A stretch of 64,000 nucleotides of DNA from Actinomycetales bacterium (GTDB taxonomy: Bacteria; Actinomycetota; Actinomycetes; Actinomycetales; Dermatophilaceae): assembly GCA_038237075.1 (NCBI GenBank), contig JBBRZC010000001.1, forward strand, positions 2,959 through 66,958, read 5' to 3'. A program made the translations under genes and the position numbers. A model generated the notes under the pieces. It searched no databases, was not told the origin of the DNA, and saw only the letters and a program-made list of their open reading frames with translations. Below, piece by piece: positions 19,569-29,377 of this stretch (position 1 is the stretch's first letter; each line of letters opens with the position of its first letter).

Positions 19569-20183
19569 ATGGAGCCCAAGCGCGAGTCGACCCAGACGTC
19601 CCTGCTCCCGGCCGACCTCATGGCCTCGATCCAGCGGGCCGGCTACTACCCCGCACTCGTGGCCGACGTCGTGGAGTCGGCCCTCGGCGACGACGCCGTG
19701 GTGGCCCACCTCGTCCACCAGGAGACGACCTTCGACGAGGACGCGGTGCGGCGCCACATCACCGTGCTCGCCACGACGCCGACCAAGCTCGTCATCGCCC
19801 ACGCCGACGACCACAACGAGCACGAGCCCGGGCTGGCGGTGGCGACCGCCACGAGCGAGACGGTGCCGCTCTCCGCCGTGCGGGGGGTGATGCTCACGCA
19901 CGTCGTCAGCGCGCCCGACTCCTACGTGCGCGGTTCGCTGGGGCGCGAGCTGACCCTCACCCTGGGCTGGGGTGCGGTGAGCCGGCTCGACCTCGTGCCA
20001 GCCACCTGCGGCGACCCCGAGTGCGACGCCGAGCACGGCTTCGAGGGGACCGTCGCCTCCGACGACATCTCGCTGCGCATCAGCGCCGATGCCGACGGCG
20101 ACAGTGCCCTCCAGAACGCGTTGCACTTCGCCCGCACCCTCTCAGCGTCCATCGGCGGTGGGGGCGCGGGGCTGTCCCGGTGA
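19569..20183 (+). CDS. DUF5998 family protein
   Basis: AGYYPALVAD, HQETTFD, LGWGAVSRLDLVPATCGDPECDAEHG; conserved actinobacterial protein. Confidence 0.8.
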   Translation: MEPKRESTQTSLLPADLMASIQRAGYYPALVADVVESALGDDAVVAHLVHQETTFDEDAVRRHITVLATTPTKLVIAHADDHNEHEPGLAVATATSETVPLSAVRGVMLTHVVSAPDSYVRGSLGRELTLTLGWGAVSRLDLVPATCGDPECDAEHGFEGTVASDDISLRISADADGDSALQNALHFARTLSASIGGGGAGLSR

Positions 20184-21325
20184 CCCTCGACGGGCTCGAG
20201 GCGCCCCACTACGGCGACGGCTCGCTCACGGCGGTCCTGCCGGCGGTCGCGGCCAGCCTCGGCTCGATCCGGTATGCCGGGTCGCACCCCTTCGCCCTCG
20301 CCCCGGCCCGGCGGGCGGTCGTCGTCCTCGTCGACGGCCTCGGCTACGAGCAGCTGGGCCAGCGCAGTGGCCACGCCCCGTTCCTGCGCGCGCACCTGCC
20401 CGCCGCCCACCGGATCGACTGCGGCTTCCCCTCGACGACGGCGACGTCGATGGGCTCCTTCGGGACCGGGCTGCCACCCGGGGCGCACGGGCTCGTCGGC
20501 TACGAGGTGCTCGTGCCCGGCGAGGACCGGCTCCTCAACGAGCTGTCCTGGGAGGGTGGCCCGGACCCGTTCGCGTGGCAGCCCAACCCCACCGTGTTCG
20601 AGGTGGTCCACGACGAGGGGATCGACGTCACCCGGATCGGGCCCGGGTTCTTCGACGGCTCAGGGCTGACCAACGCGGCCCTGCGCGGGGGCCGCTTCAG
20701 CCCCGCCGACGACATCGAGGCGCGCGTCGATGCGGCGCTGGCCGCGCTCGCCGCCTCGAGCCGGGCGCTCGTCTACCTCTACTGGGGCGAGCTCGACAAG
20801 GTCGGCCACGTCTTCGGCTGCGCCTCGTGGCAGTGGGGCGACGAGCTCGAGGCCATCGACCGGGCGCTGTCGCGTCTCGTGGCCAGGGTGCCCGCCGACA
20901 CCGCCGTCCACGTCACCGCCGACCACGGGATGGTCGACGCCCCGCACGCCCTGCGGGTCGACCTGGCCCACGACCCGGAGCTGCTCGCAGGCGTCCGGCA
21001 CGTGGGCGGAGAGCCTCGCTCGCTCCAGCTCTACTGCGAGCCCGGCGCCTCCGAGGACGTCCTCGCGACGTGGCGCTCACGCATGGGTTCCCGGGCCTGG
21101 GTCGCCTCCCGCGACGAGGTCGTCCGCGCGGGGTGGTTCGGGCCCGTGCGAGCGGAGGTGGAGCCGCGGATCGGCGATGTGCTGGCCCTGATGCGGGAGA
21201 ACTTCGCCGTCGTCCACTCGGGCCGGACGAGGCCGAAGGTCCTCGCTCTGCGGGGCCTGCACGGCTCGGCGTCGGCGCAGGAGCGGGCCATCCCGCTCGT
21301 GTCGGTCGACGCCCGGACCCCCTAG
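20180..21325 (+). CDS. Alkaline phosphatase superfamily / nucleotide pyrophosphatase
   Basis: LVDGLG, FPSTTAT, LDKVGH, TADHGM, GLHG metal-binding motifs; GTGA overlap. Confidence 0.9.
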   Translation: MTLDGLEAPHYGDGSLTAVLPAVAASLGSIRYAGSHPFALAPARRAVVVLVDGLGYEQLGQRSGHAPFLRAHLPAAHRIDCGFPSTTATSMGSFGTGLPPGAHGLVGYEVLVPGEDRLLNELSWEGGPDPFAWQPNPTVFEVVHDEGIDVTRIGPGFFDGSGLTNAALRGGRFSPADDIEARVDAALAALAASSRALVYLYWGELDKVGHVFGCASWQWGDELEAIDRALSRLVARVPADTAVHVTADHGMVDAPHALRVDLAHDPELLAGVRHVGGEPRSLQLYCEPGASEDVLATWRSRMGSRAWVASRDEVVRAGWFGPVRAEVEPRIGDVLALMRENFAVVHSGRTRPKVLALRGLHGSASAQERAIPLVSVDARTP

Positions 21326-21335
21326 AGTCCCCGCT

Positions 21336-22022
21336 GTGGCCGAGCTCGTCTTCTTCTGCGGGACCATGGACTGCGGCAAGTCGACGCTGGCGCTCCAGAT
21401 GGACTACAACCACGCCGTCCGCGGGCGCGCCGGCCTGATCTTCACCAAGCTCGACCGGGGCGGCAGCTCCGTCCTGTCGTCCCGGCTCGGGCTGTCGACG
21501 CCGGCGCGTGAGGTCACCGACGACGTCGACTTCTGGGGGGTCGTCGTCGGGCACGCCACGACGGGTCACCGGGTCGACTACCTCATCTGTGACGAGGCTC
21601 AGTTCTACACCCCGGCGCAGGTCGAGCAGCTCGCCCGCATCGTCGACGAGATGGCCGTCGACGTCTACGCCTTCGGGATCACCGCAGACTTCCGGGCCAC
21701 CCTCTTCCCGGGCTCGCAGCGGCTCATCGAGCTCGCCGACCGCGTCGAGGTGCTCCAGGTGGAGGCCCTGTGCTGGTGCGGCAGCAAGGCGACGCACAAC
21801 GCCCGGGTCGTCGACGGGGCGATGGTCGTCGAGGGTGACCAGGTCGTCGTCGGTGACACCAAACCGAGCCGCGCCGGCGTGGTGGAGTACGAGGTGCTCT
21901 GCAGGCGACACCACATGCGCCGGATGACGTCGCACGCCGCCCGCGCCGCGGCGCTCTCGCCCGACGTGCTGCCCTTCGACCTCGACGTCCGCGCGGTCCC
22001 GCCGGGCCGGCTGAGCGGCTGA
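21336..22022 (+). CDS. tdk: Thymidine kinase
   Basis: GTMDCGKST, DEAQF, LCWCG, LCRRH Zn motifs. Confidence 0.93.
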   Translation: MAELVFFCGTMDCGKSTLALQMDYNHAVRGRAGLIFTKLDRGGSSVLSSRLGLSTPAREVTDDVDFWGVVVGHATTGHRVDYLICDEAQFYTPAQVEQLARIVDEMAVDVYAFGITADFRATLFPGSQRLIELADRVEVLQVEALCWCGSKATHNARVVDGAMVVEGDQVVVGDTKPSRAGVVEYEVLCRRHHMRRMTSHAARAAALSPDVLPFDLDVRAVPPGRLSG

Positions 22023-22033
22023 GCGGCCCGGTG

Positions 22034-23200
22034 TCAGTCGCGCCGGGAGCCGAACATGATGTCGTCCCACGACGGCACCGACGCCCGGGCGGTCCGGCGG
22101 CCGGGCGGCTTCTCCGCCACCGCTGCTCGCTTCCTGGACGGGCCTGGGTCACGGCCGGGAGCCTCGGACGCCGCCTCGTCGGCGACCGCCACGGCCGGGA
22201 CCTCGACCGGGACCGGGACCTCCGGGACTTCGTCGGGAGGCTCGAGCGCGACCGGCGCGGCATACCCCGCGTCCTCGTCCTCGGGTGCCCCCACCAGCTC
22301 GGGGTCGTCGTCGGGGTGCGGGTGGGCCGCGGGGGGTGGCGCGTCGGCGGCGGCGTCGTAGCTCAGTGAGTCGAGGGGCAGGGCGTCGGACGGCAGGTGC
22401 TCGGCGCCCGGGAGCTCGGTGGGCGTCGCCCGGCGCCGTGCCCCGGTGCGGCGGCCGCCGACGGTGCTGCGCTGGCGCATCGCCGTCATGAGGTCGAGCG
22501 GCTCGTCCTGCCCGGGGGTGCGGCGGGTCACGCTGACGCCGCCCTCGGCCTCGACGTCGTAGACCCGCGTCGCGCGGGCCGGCGCGGCCGGTCCGCCGGC
22601 CACGACCGACGAACCCGACGGCTCCTCCTCGCTGAGCCAGCGGGCCTCGTCGTCGGCGGCGTCGACGGTGCGCGAGACGGGGTCGAAGGTCCACGATGCC
22701 TGCCGCTGCCGGCCGCCCGCGGCGAAGGTGAGGACGACGGTCCAGTGCCCGCCTTCCGGGGATCGCCAGGCGTCCCAGGCGTTGGCCTCGCCGTTGACGC
22801 CGCGCCCCTCCATCCGCTGGGCCACTCGTGCGGCCAGGGTCGGGGCGGCGCCACCACCTTGGCCCGCGCGGCCGCGCACCCGCACCTGGCGGGCCAGCTG
22901 GGCCACGTGCTCGCGCTCGGCGAGGATGGGGCCCTCGTACTTGTGCACCTTCTCGACCGGCCAGCCCGAGCGTTCGGCGACCTCCTCGGCGCTGGCGCCG
23001 GCCCGGACGAGCGCCTGGACGTCGCGGGGTCGCAGCCCCCGGTCCATCTCGATCTGGAGCTGCCCCAGGCGCGGACGCTCGCGGCGCGCGGCGGCGCGCA
23101 GGGCCTCGTCGAGCGGGAGGCGGAAGCGTCCGCCGTCGGCTCCGGCGAGGAGGACGTGCTGCCCGTCCTCGTCCACGCCGATGAGTCGGACGTCCTGCAT
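22034..23200 (-). CDS. sepH: Septation protein SepH (DUF3071)
   Basis: LRPRDVQALVRAGASAEEVA HTH, YEGPILAER, WDAWR, C-terminal VPSWDDIMFG. Confidence 0.9.
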   Translation of the reverse strand: MQDVRLIGVDEDGQHVLLAGADGGRFRLPLDEALRAAARRERPRLGQLQIEMDRGLRPRDVQALVRAGASAEEVAERSGWPVEKVHKYEGPILAEREHVAQLARQVRVRGRAGQGGGAAPTLAARVAQRMEGRGVNGEANAWDAWRSPEGGHWTVVLTFAAGGRQRQASWTFDPVSRTVDAADDEARWLSEEEPSGSSVVAGGPAAPARATRVYDVEAEGGVSVTRRTPGQDEPLDLMTAMRQRSTVGGRRTGARRRATPTELPGAEHLPSDALPLDSLSYDAAADAPPPAAHPHPDDDPELVGAPEDEDAGYAAPVALEPPDEVPEVPVPVEVPAVAVADEAASEAPGRDPGPSRKRAAVAEKPPGRRTARASVPSWDDIMFGSRRD

Positions 23201-23308
23201 CGCACACTCCTCGCTCGACCCGGTGACCCCTCGACTCTGCCATGGCCGTGCACCGCACGGAAGCGGCCACGCCGGGCCCGCACCCGCCGGGTACCGTTTG
23301 TCCTCAGC

Positions 23309-23503
23309 ATGCAGACCAACCCTCAGATCTCGTCCCCCGTCCGGCCCATCGGCGCCGCCCCCCCGGTCGGCATCAGCGACTGGCGCCTGCTGACCGCGGC
23401 CTCGGTGTGGGCCGCGGCGCTCCTCGTCCTCGGCATCCGCAGGGTGGCCGTCGTCATGCACCTCAACGCCCCCCAGCCCTTCCGACTCGGAGACCGCACA
23501 TGA
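23309..23503 (+). CDS. Possible small membrane protein or leader ORF coupled to hemH
   Basis: 64 codons, hydrophobic core; its TGA overlaps the hemH ATG (ATGA at 23500-23503). Confidence 0.35.
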   Translation: MQTNPQISSPVRPIGAAPPVGISDWRLLTAASVWAAALLVLGIRRVAVVMHLNAPQPFRLGDRT

Positions 23504-24618
23504 GCCAGACCCCCGCCGCGCCCACGGGCACGGACCTCCTGCAGCCCTACGACGGCATAGTCCTGCTCTCGTTCGGCGGTCCCGAGGCGCCGGAGGAGGT
23601 CATGCCGTTCCTGCGCCGCGTCACCGCCGGCCGCGGCATCCCGGACGAGCGGCTCGCCGACGTCGCCCACCACTACGACCTCTTCGGCGGCCGAAGCCCC
23701 ATCAACGACCAGAGCCGGGCGCTCATCGCGGCGCTCGAGGCCGAGCTCGCGAGCCGGCAGATCGACCTGCCGGTGCTGTGGGGCAACCGCAACACCGCGC
23801 CCTTCCTCGTCGACACCCTCCGCGACGCCGGTGAGCGCGGGCTGCACCGACTCGTCGTCGTCACGACGAGCGCCTACTCGTGCTACTCGTCGTGCCGTCA
23901 GTACCGCGAGAACCTCGCCGAGGCCTTTGGCATCGCCCGCGACGAGGGTCTCGTCGTCGAGATCGACAAGATCGGCCCGTATGCCGGGCGGCCGGGGTTC
24001 GTGCGCCCCAACGCGCGGCTCGTCGTCGAGGCCCTGCGCGGGCAGGCCGACGTGTCCGACGAGGAGATCGCGCTGCTCTTCGTGACCCACTCGGTCCCCG
24101 ACGCGATGGACGAGACGTCCGGGCCCGGAGACGGCGAGGGCCGGCTCTACCAGCGTCAGCACCACGACGTGGCCCGCGCCGTCACCGACGAGGTCCGCGC
24201 GGTCCTGGGCCGTGACCTGGCTCCCGAGGTCGTCTACTGCTCGCGCTCGGGCTCGCCGAGCCAGCCGTGGCTCGAGCCGGACGTCAACGACCGGCTCGCC
24301 GAGCTGGCCAAGGAGGGGCGGCGGGTCGTCGTCGCCGCGCCTGTCGGCTTCGTCTCCGACCACATGGAGGTCGTCTACGACCTCGACACCGAGGCCGCCG
24401 AGACCGCCCGCGACCTCGGCCTCACCCTGGTGCGGGTGCCGACGGTGGGCACGGACCCGGAGTTCGTCTCCGGACTGGTCGACCTCGTCGTCGAGCGCGC
24501 CGCCGAGGCGCGCGGCGGCCCCGGCCCATCGGGCCCGGGCACCCGGCCGTCGGTCTGCGAGCGCGGCTGCTGCCCCAACCTGCGACGGGCCGCCCCGGCC
24601 CTGTGCGGGAGCGACTGA
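23500..24618 (+). CDS. hemH: Ferrochelatase (coproporphyrin ferrochelatase)
   Basis: LLSFGGPE, SPIN, THS, YCSRSG..PWLEPDV, GFVSDHMEVVYDLD. Confidence 0.95.
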   Translation: MSQTPAAPTGTDLLQPYDGIVLLSFGGPEAPEEVMPFLRRVTAGRGIPDERLADVAHHYDLFGGRSPINDQSRALIAALEAELASRQIDLPVLWGNRNTAPFLVDTLRDAGERGLHRLVVVTTSAYSCYSSCRQYRENLAEAFGIARDEGLVVEIDKIGPYAGRPGFVRPNARLVVEALRGQADVSDEEIALLFVTHSVPDAMDETSGPGDGEGRLYQRQHHDVARAVTDEVRAVLGRDLAPEVVYCSRSGSPSQPWLEPDVNDRLAELAKEGRRVVVAAPVGFVSDHMEVVYDLDTEAAETARDLGLTLVRVPTVGTDPEFVSGLVDLVVERAAEARGGPGPSGPGTRPSVCERGCCPNLRRAAPALCGSD

Positions 24619-25496
24619 TGCCTCTGGTGCCGCCGGTACCGGGGGTTCCGCGGGTCCCGCAGCCCGGGGTCGACCTCGCCGGGGTCGACCTGGCGGGACT
24701 GGAGCGGCTGGCGGTCGCGGTGGCGGTCGAGGCGGGACGGCTCATCGTCGACGAGCGCCCGCTGCACGTCTCCGCCGCGTCGACGAAGTCCTCGCCGACC
24801 GACGTCGTCACCGTCATGGACACCCGCGCCGAGGAGCTCATCCACGGCAGGCTCCTCGCGGCCCGACCCGACGACGGCATCCTCGGAGAGGAGGGTGCCG
24901 ACCACCGCGGCAGCTCGGGCATCACCTGGGTCGTCGACCCCATCGACGGGACGGTGAACTACCTCTACGAGATCCCGGCGTATGCCGTGTCCGTCGCCGC
25001 GGTAAGTGGTGACCCGCGGGTGCCGGGCGCGTGGCAGGTCCTGGCCGCCGCCGTGGCCGACCCCCCGCGAGGCCGGGTGTTCCACGCCCGGGTCGGCGGC
25101 GGGGCACGCCTGTCCACGGTGGACGGCGCCCTGGTGTCGACGCTCGGGGTGGGCGTCGTCGGTGACCTCGCGGGCGCACTGGTCGGCACCGGCTTCGGCT
25201 ACACCGAGGAGAAGCGCCGCGCCCAGGGGCAGCTCCTCCTCGAGGTGCTGCCCCTGGTCCGCGACATCCGCCGGATCGGCAGCGCCGCCCTCGACCTGTG
25301 CTTCGTCGCGGCCGGCCTCCTCGACGGGTACTACGAGGTCGGGCTCAACCCCTGGGACCTCGCCGGGGGCTGGCTCGTCGTCACCGAGGCGGGCGGCGTC
25401 GTCACCGGACCGGGCGGTGGCGGACCCTCGGACCGGCTCACCGTGGCCGGCAACCCTACCGTCCACGCCGCCCTCGCTGCCATCGTGGACCCCTGA
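24618..25496 (+). CDS. Inositol monophosphatase family protein
   Basis: LGEEG, WVVDPIDGTVN, RRIGSAALDL, PWDLAGG. Confidence 0.93.
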   Translation: MPLVPPVPGVPRVPQPGVDLAGVDLAGLERLAVAVAVEAGRLIVDERPLHVSAASTKSSPTDVVTVMDTRAEELIHGRLLAARPDDGILGEEGADHRGSSGITWVVDPIDGTVNYLYEIPAYAVSVAAVSGDPRVPGAWQVLAAAVADPPRGRVFHARVGGGARLSTVDGALVSTLGVGVVGDLAGALVGTGFGYTEEKRRAQGQLLLEVLPLVRDIRRIGSAALDLCFVAAGLLDGYYEVGLNPWDLAGGWLVVTEAGGVVTGPGGGGPSDRLTVAGNPTVHAALAAIVDP

Positions 25497-25542
25497 GGCC
25501 GCGGTCGACCGGGACAGAGCACGGCGGGGCAGCCCGGGAGGG

Positions 25543-25752
25543 TCAGGCGACGCGGGTGCGGAACGGGTCCAGCTCGGGCAGGTGGACGTCGTGGTCGTCA
25601 GCGAGCCTCGAGATCGTCTCGAGGTCGCCGGTGTGGACGTCGGCTGAGTAGAGGTCCTCCGCGTCCTGCGCCTCGGCCAGTGAGTGGAGCGCCTGACGGG
25701 CGCGGTCGCGCAGCTGTGCGCTGAACTGGGTGAACTGGGTGGAATCGGTCAT
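25543..25752 (-). CDS. Small hypothetical protein (69 aa)
   Basis: ggaggtg RBS before ATG 25752; acidic helical sequence. Confidence 0.65.
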   Translation of the reverse strand: MTDSTQFTQFSAQLRDRARQALHSLAEAQDAEDLYSADVHTGDLETISRLADDHDVHLPELDPFRTRVA

Positions 25753-26164
25753 CGTGCACCTCCGGGGAGCTCGGCGAAGCGTTGGCCGCGACGGTGCGGG
25801 GGTCCGCCGCCGTCGTGGGGAGACCCTACGGGCTCCCCGGGTCGGGCGGACGCCACCATGGTCTCCCGGGACGGCAACGAACAGGTCAACAGGAGGCCAA
25901 CAGCAGGGGCTGACCTGCGGTGATGCCGACACGACAACCCCGCGCAGGGGCCTCGAGACTCCCGATCTGACAGGTCTTTGGTCCTCGACGTGGTCGCAAA
26001 GATGACGCCGGCGAGAAAATAAGGCACAATCCGCCCCGCGGCACAACCATCGGACCCCTGGACCCGGGCACAAACGGATTGGTCGGCGCGTTACATCGGA
26101 ACATCATCTCCGACCATCCCCATCACGACTGACCTTACGACTGACCAGGAGAGCGACACCCCCC

Positions 26165-26464
26165 ATGGCGACTGACTACGACGCGCCACGCAAGACCGAC
26201 GACGACCTGTCCGAGGACTCCATCGAAGAGCTCAAGGCACGCCGCGTGGACAAGTCCTCGTCGAGCGTCGACGTCGACGAGACCGAGCAGGCCGAGGGCT
26301 TCGAGCTGCCCGGTGCAGACCTGTCCGGCGAAGAGCTGTCGGTCCGCGTCCTGCCCCGACAGGCCGACGAGTTCACGTGTACCCAGTGCTTCCTCGTGCA
26401 CCACCGCTCACAGCTGGCCAGCCAGGCCGGCGGGATGGCGGTGTGCCGGGAGTGCGCCGCTTGA
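26165..26464 (+). CDS. DUF4193 family protein
   Basis: MATDYDAPR...[20 protein letters not shown]...CREC. Confidence 0.92.
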   Translation: MATDYDAPRKTDDDLSEDSIEELKARRVDKSSSSVDVDETEQAEGFELPGADLSGEELSVRVLPRQADEFTCTQCFLVHHRSQLASQAGGMAVCRECAA

Positions 26465-26508
26465 CGCAGACCAGCACATCGGATGGCGCAGGGTCGGCCC
26501 GCGACGAC

Positions 26509-27009
26509 GTGGCCGGCCCTCGCGCTGTCCGGGTCGCCGTCCGCCGGCTCGACCCCGACCTGCCCCTGCCGCGCTACGCCCACCCCGGCGACGCCGGGGC
26601 GGACCTGCACGCCCGCACCGACGTCACCCTCGCGCCCGGCGAGCGCGCCCTCGTCCCGACCGGGATCGCCATCGCCCTGCCAGCCGGGTATGCCGCCTTC
26701 AGCCACCCCCGCTCGGGGCTGGCCACCCGTCACGGCGTGACCATCGTCAACGCGCCCGGCACCATCGACGCCGGCTATCGCGGTGAGATCTTCGTCAACC
26801 TCGTGAACCTCGACGCGACCACCCCGTTCACCGTCCACCGGGGCGACCGGATCGCCCAGCTCGTCGTGCAGCGGGTGGCCGTCGCGGACTTCATTGAGAC
26901 CGATTCGCTCCCGGACAGTGACCGGGGGGAGACTGGGCATGGTGCCAGCGGAGGGTTCGGTGACCCACCAGGGGCGCCCGACAGCACACCAGACGACACG
27001 AAGGGCTAG
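26509..27009 (+). CDS. dut: dUTP diphosphatase (alternative start TTG 26461)
   Basis: [38 protein letters not shown]. Confidence 0.95.
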   Translation: MAGPRAVRVAVRRLDPDLPLPRYAHPGDAGADLHARTDVTLAPGERALVPTGIAIALPAGYAAFSHPRSGLATRHGVTIVNAPGTIDAGYRGEIFVNLVNLDATTPFTVHRGDRIAQLVVQRVAVADFIETDSLPDSDRGETGHGASGGFGDPPGAPDSTPDDTKG

Positions 27010-27013
27010 GACG

Positions 27014-27907
27014 TTGGGACTCTTCCGCCGAGGACGCAAGGCCGAGGCCGCAGCCGAGGTGGACACGCCCACCCACGACACCGGAGACCCCGCGGATGTC
27101 GGCGGCGACCCGACCGGCGACGCCGACGCCGACGCAGACTCCGACGTCGACCTGAGCGACGGAGCCGACGCCGCGGAGGCACCCCCCGAGCCGGACGCCG
27201 ACGTCGTGGCGTTCAGTAGGGCGCGTGGGCCCTTCGACAGCTCCGAGGTCGACGAGGACGCCAACCGGCTCGATCTCGGCTCCATCCAGATCGTGCCGGT
27301 CGACGGCATGCAGCTGCGGCTCGAGCTGGACGAGACCCAGACGACCGTGGTCGGCGTCCACGCGCTCCTCGGCGAGTCGGGCGTGCAGCTCCAGGCCTTC
27401 GCGGCGCCGAGGACGTTCGGGCTGTGGGAGGAGATCCGCGACGAGATCGCCCAGAGCATCGTCACCCAGGGCGGCACGGCCGACGACGTCGCCGGACCTC
27501 TGGGTCGCGAGCTGCAGACCCGGATGCCGTCGCGGGCCGCCGACGGGCGCACGGTCTTCCAGCCGGTCAGGTTCCTCGGCGTCGACGGCCCGCGCTGGTT
27601 CCTGCGCGCGGTGCTGAGCGGGCCGGCTGCGGTGCACGAGGCGGTGGCACGCCCTCTCATCGAGCTGGTGCGCCACGTCGTCGTCGTGCGCGGTGAGGAA
27701 GCCCGTCCGCCGCGCGAGGGCCTGCCCCTGACGCTCCCCGAGCAGCTGCAGCCGGAGGACGCCGACGCAGCAGCCGACGCGGCGCCTGCCGGCGCAGCCG
27801 ATGAGGCGCCTGCCGGCGCAGCCGGTGGCGACGACGATGCCCTTCCACGCCGCATCGAGGACCTGCGTCCGTTTGAGCGCGGCCCCGAGATTACCGAGAT
27901 CCGTTGA
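27014..27907 (+). CDS. DUF3710 domain protein
   Basis: LDLGS, LQAFAAP, GVDGPRWFLR, VVVRGEEARPPRE..L. Confidence 0.88.
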   Translation: MGLFRRGRKAEAAAEVDTPTHDTGDPADVGGDPTGDADADADSDVDLSDGADAAEAPPEPDADVVAFSRARGPFDSSEVDEDANRLDLGSIQIVPVDGMQLRLELDETQTTVVGVHALLGESGVQLQAFAAPRTFGLWEEIRDEIAQSIVTQGGTADDVAGPLGRELQTRMPSRAADGRTVFQPVRFLGVDGPRWFLRAVLSGPAAVHEAVARPLIELVRHVVVVRGEEARPPREGLPLTLPEQLQPEDADAAADAAPAGAADEAPAGAAGGDDDALPRRIEDLRPFERGPEITEIR

Positions 27908-27908
27908 G

Positions 27909-27938
27909 GCGCCGACCGATGAGCGCCGACCGATGAGC
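27909..27938 (+). repeat. 14-bp tandem duplication in the intergenic gap
   Basis: gcgccgaccgatga x2 followed by gc. Confidence 0.8.
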
Positions 27939-27955
27939 ACAGACGAAGGCAGGCC

Positions 27956-28363
27956 ATGAGCGACAGTCCGACCCAACGAGACAAGGCAACGGCCCGCAAA
28001 GGTGTGCTCGGGCGGCTCGCCGACCGGCTCATCAAGCCGGCGCACGAGCTGGAGGACCGTGAGCTCCAGGAGGACTCGCAGCGCGTCGGTGCGACGCCGA
28101 TCAACCGGCTGGCCAACCGCGAGCGGGCCGACGTCTGTGGTCTCGTCCGCTCGGTGACGCTGCGACCCCGCGTCGACGTGCCGGCCCTCGTCGTGGAGAT
28201 CTACGACGGCAGCCGGCCGTTGCACCTCGTGTGGCTCGGTCGCCGCGAGATCGTCGGCATCCAGCCGGGAGTGCAGCTGCGGGCGACCGGGCGGGTGTCC
28301 TACTACCGCGGCATACCGACGATCTTCAACCCCTTCTACGAGATCGTGCCGAAGAGTGGCTGA
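27956..28363 (+). CDS. OB-fold nucleic acid binding protein
   Basis: YDGS..L.LVWLGRREIVGIQPG...NPFYEI. Confidence 0.85.
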   Translation: MSDSPTQRDKATARKGVLGRLADRLIKPAHELEDRELQEDSQRVGATPINRLANRERADVCGLVRSVTLRPRVDVPALVVEIYDGSRPLHLVWLGRREIVGIQPGVQLRATGRVSYYRGIPTIFNPFYEIVPKSG

Positions 28364-29135
28364 GCCGGTGGTCGACCCGGCCCGCTCGCTGCCGCCGGTC
28401 TTCGTCACCGTCGAGGAGCTGCTCCGGGCCCGGCTCGGCGCGGCGCTCGGAGGCTGGCGCGGGGCGCTGGAGTCGGCTCTGCCCACGGTGGCGTTCGTCG
28501 CGGCGTGGACGAGCACTCACGAGGTGCGCCCCGCCGTGGGTGCGGCGGTCGTGGCGCTGGTGCTGCTCGCCGGCCTGCGGCTGGCTCGCCGCCAGACGCT
28601 GCGGTTCATCGCGTATGCCGCGTTCGGCGTCGCCGTCGCGGCGTTCTTCGCCCTGCGCTCGGGTCGGGCCGAGGACGCGTTCCTGCCGGGGATGATCCAG
28701 ACCGCGGCCTTCGGGCTCGCGATGCTCGTGGCGAACCTCGTGCGGTGGCCGCTCTTCGGCTTCCTCCTCGGCGCCGGCGACCCCGAGCTCGTCGCGGCGT
28801 CCGAGCGGCTGCGGCAGAGCTCGCGCAAGGACGCCCCGACGGACCCGGACTCCGTGGCCCGCGCGGCGGCCGACGAGGCCGCCGTCAAGGAGGCGTTCAC
28901 CGGGTGGCGCCGCCACGCCGGGATCGTCGCAGTCGCGAGCCGGCTGGGCTGGGTCATCGTGGTCCTCGACGCCATCCGGCTGCTCGTCATGGTGCCGCTC
29001 TACCTTGCCGGCCAGGTCAGCGCCCTCGGAGTGGCCAAGATCCTCCTCGGCTGGCCCGCCTACGTCGTGGCCGTCCTCGTCATGGGTCTGCTCCTCGTGC
29101 GCGGCCATACCCCGCTGGACGAGCCCCGCTCCTGA
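28356..29135 (+). CDS. DUF3159 family membrane protein
   Basis: LGGWRGALES, AEDAFLPG, RWPLFG, AKILLGWP; several TM helices. Confidence 0.88.
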   Translation: MAEPVVDPARSLPPVFVTVEELLRARLGAALGGWRGALESALPTVAFVAAWTSTHEVRPAVGAAVVALVLLAGLRLARRQTLRFIAYAAFGVAVAAFFALRSGRAEDAFLPGMIQTAAFGLAMLVANLVRWPLFGFLLGAGDPELVAASERLRQSSRKDAPTDPDSVARAAADEAAVKEAFTGWRRHAGIVAVASRLGWVIVVLDAIRLLVMVPLYLAGQVSALGVAKILLGWPAYVVAVLVMGLLLVRGHTPLDEPRS

Positions 29136-29224
29136 GCCGGACCTCGCGACCCCGTGCACGGCATACCGAGCACCCCGGCCCGGCGCGGCCCCGGGGCGAG
29201 TTTCCGGAGCACCTTCGGCCCCGT

Positions 29225-29302
29225 TCGTCACTGTGGCACCAGCGCTCCGCGAAATGCGCACGCAGTCCATGGGATCCCATGGACTGCGCGCTCAACCGTG
29301 GC
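29225..29302 (-). repeat. Dispersed palindromic (REP/MITE-like) element, copy 2
   Basis: Perfect 28-bp palindrome cgcagtccatgggatcccatggactgcg at 29261-29288; inverted homolog of 5859-5936. Confidence 0.85.
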
Positions 29303-29377
29303 GTTGCACCGGGGTCGGGCGCACTCAAGGCAGGCCGCAGCGTCAGCGGGGCTCGCGCCGCGTGCTGAGGGTGGCAC

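Noticed and set aside
25753-26164. Possible riboswitch in the long intergenic region
   Set aside because: I could not match the conserved cores of c-di-AMP, cobalamin, TPP, SAM or glycine riboswitches by eye; needs an Infernal scan.
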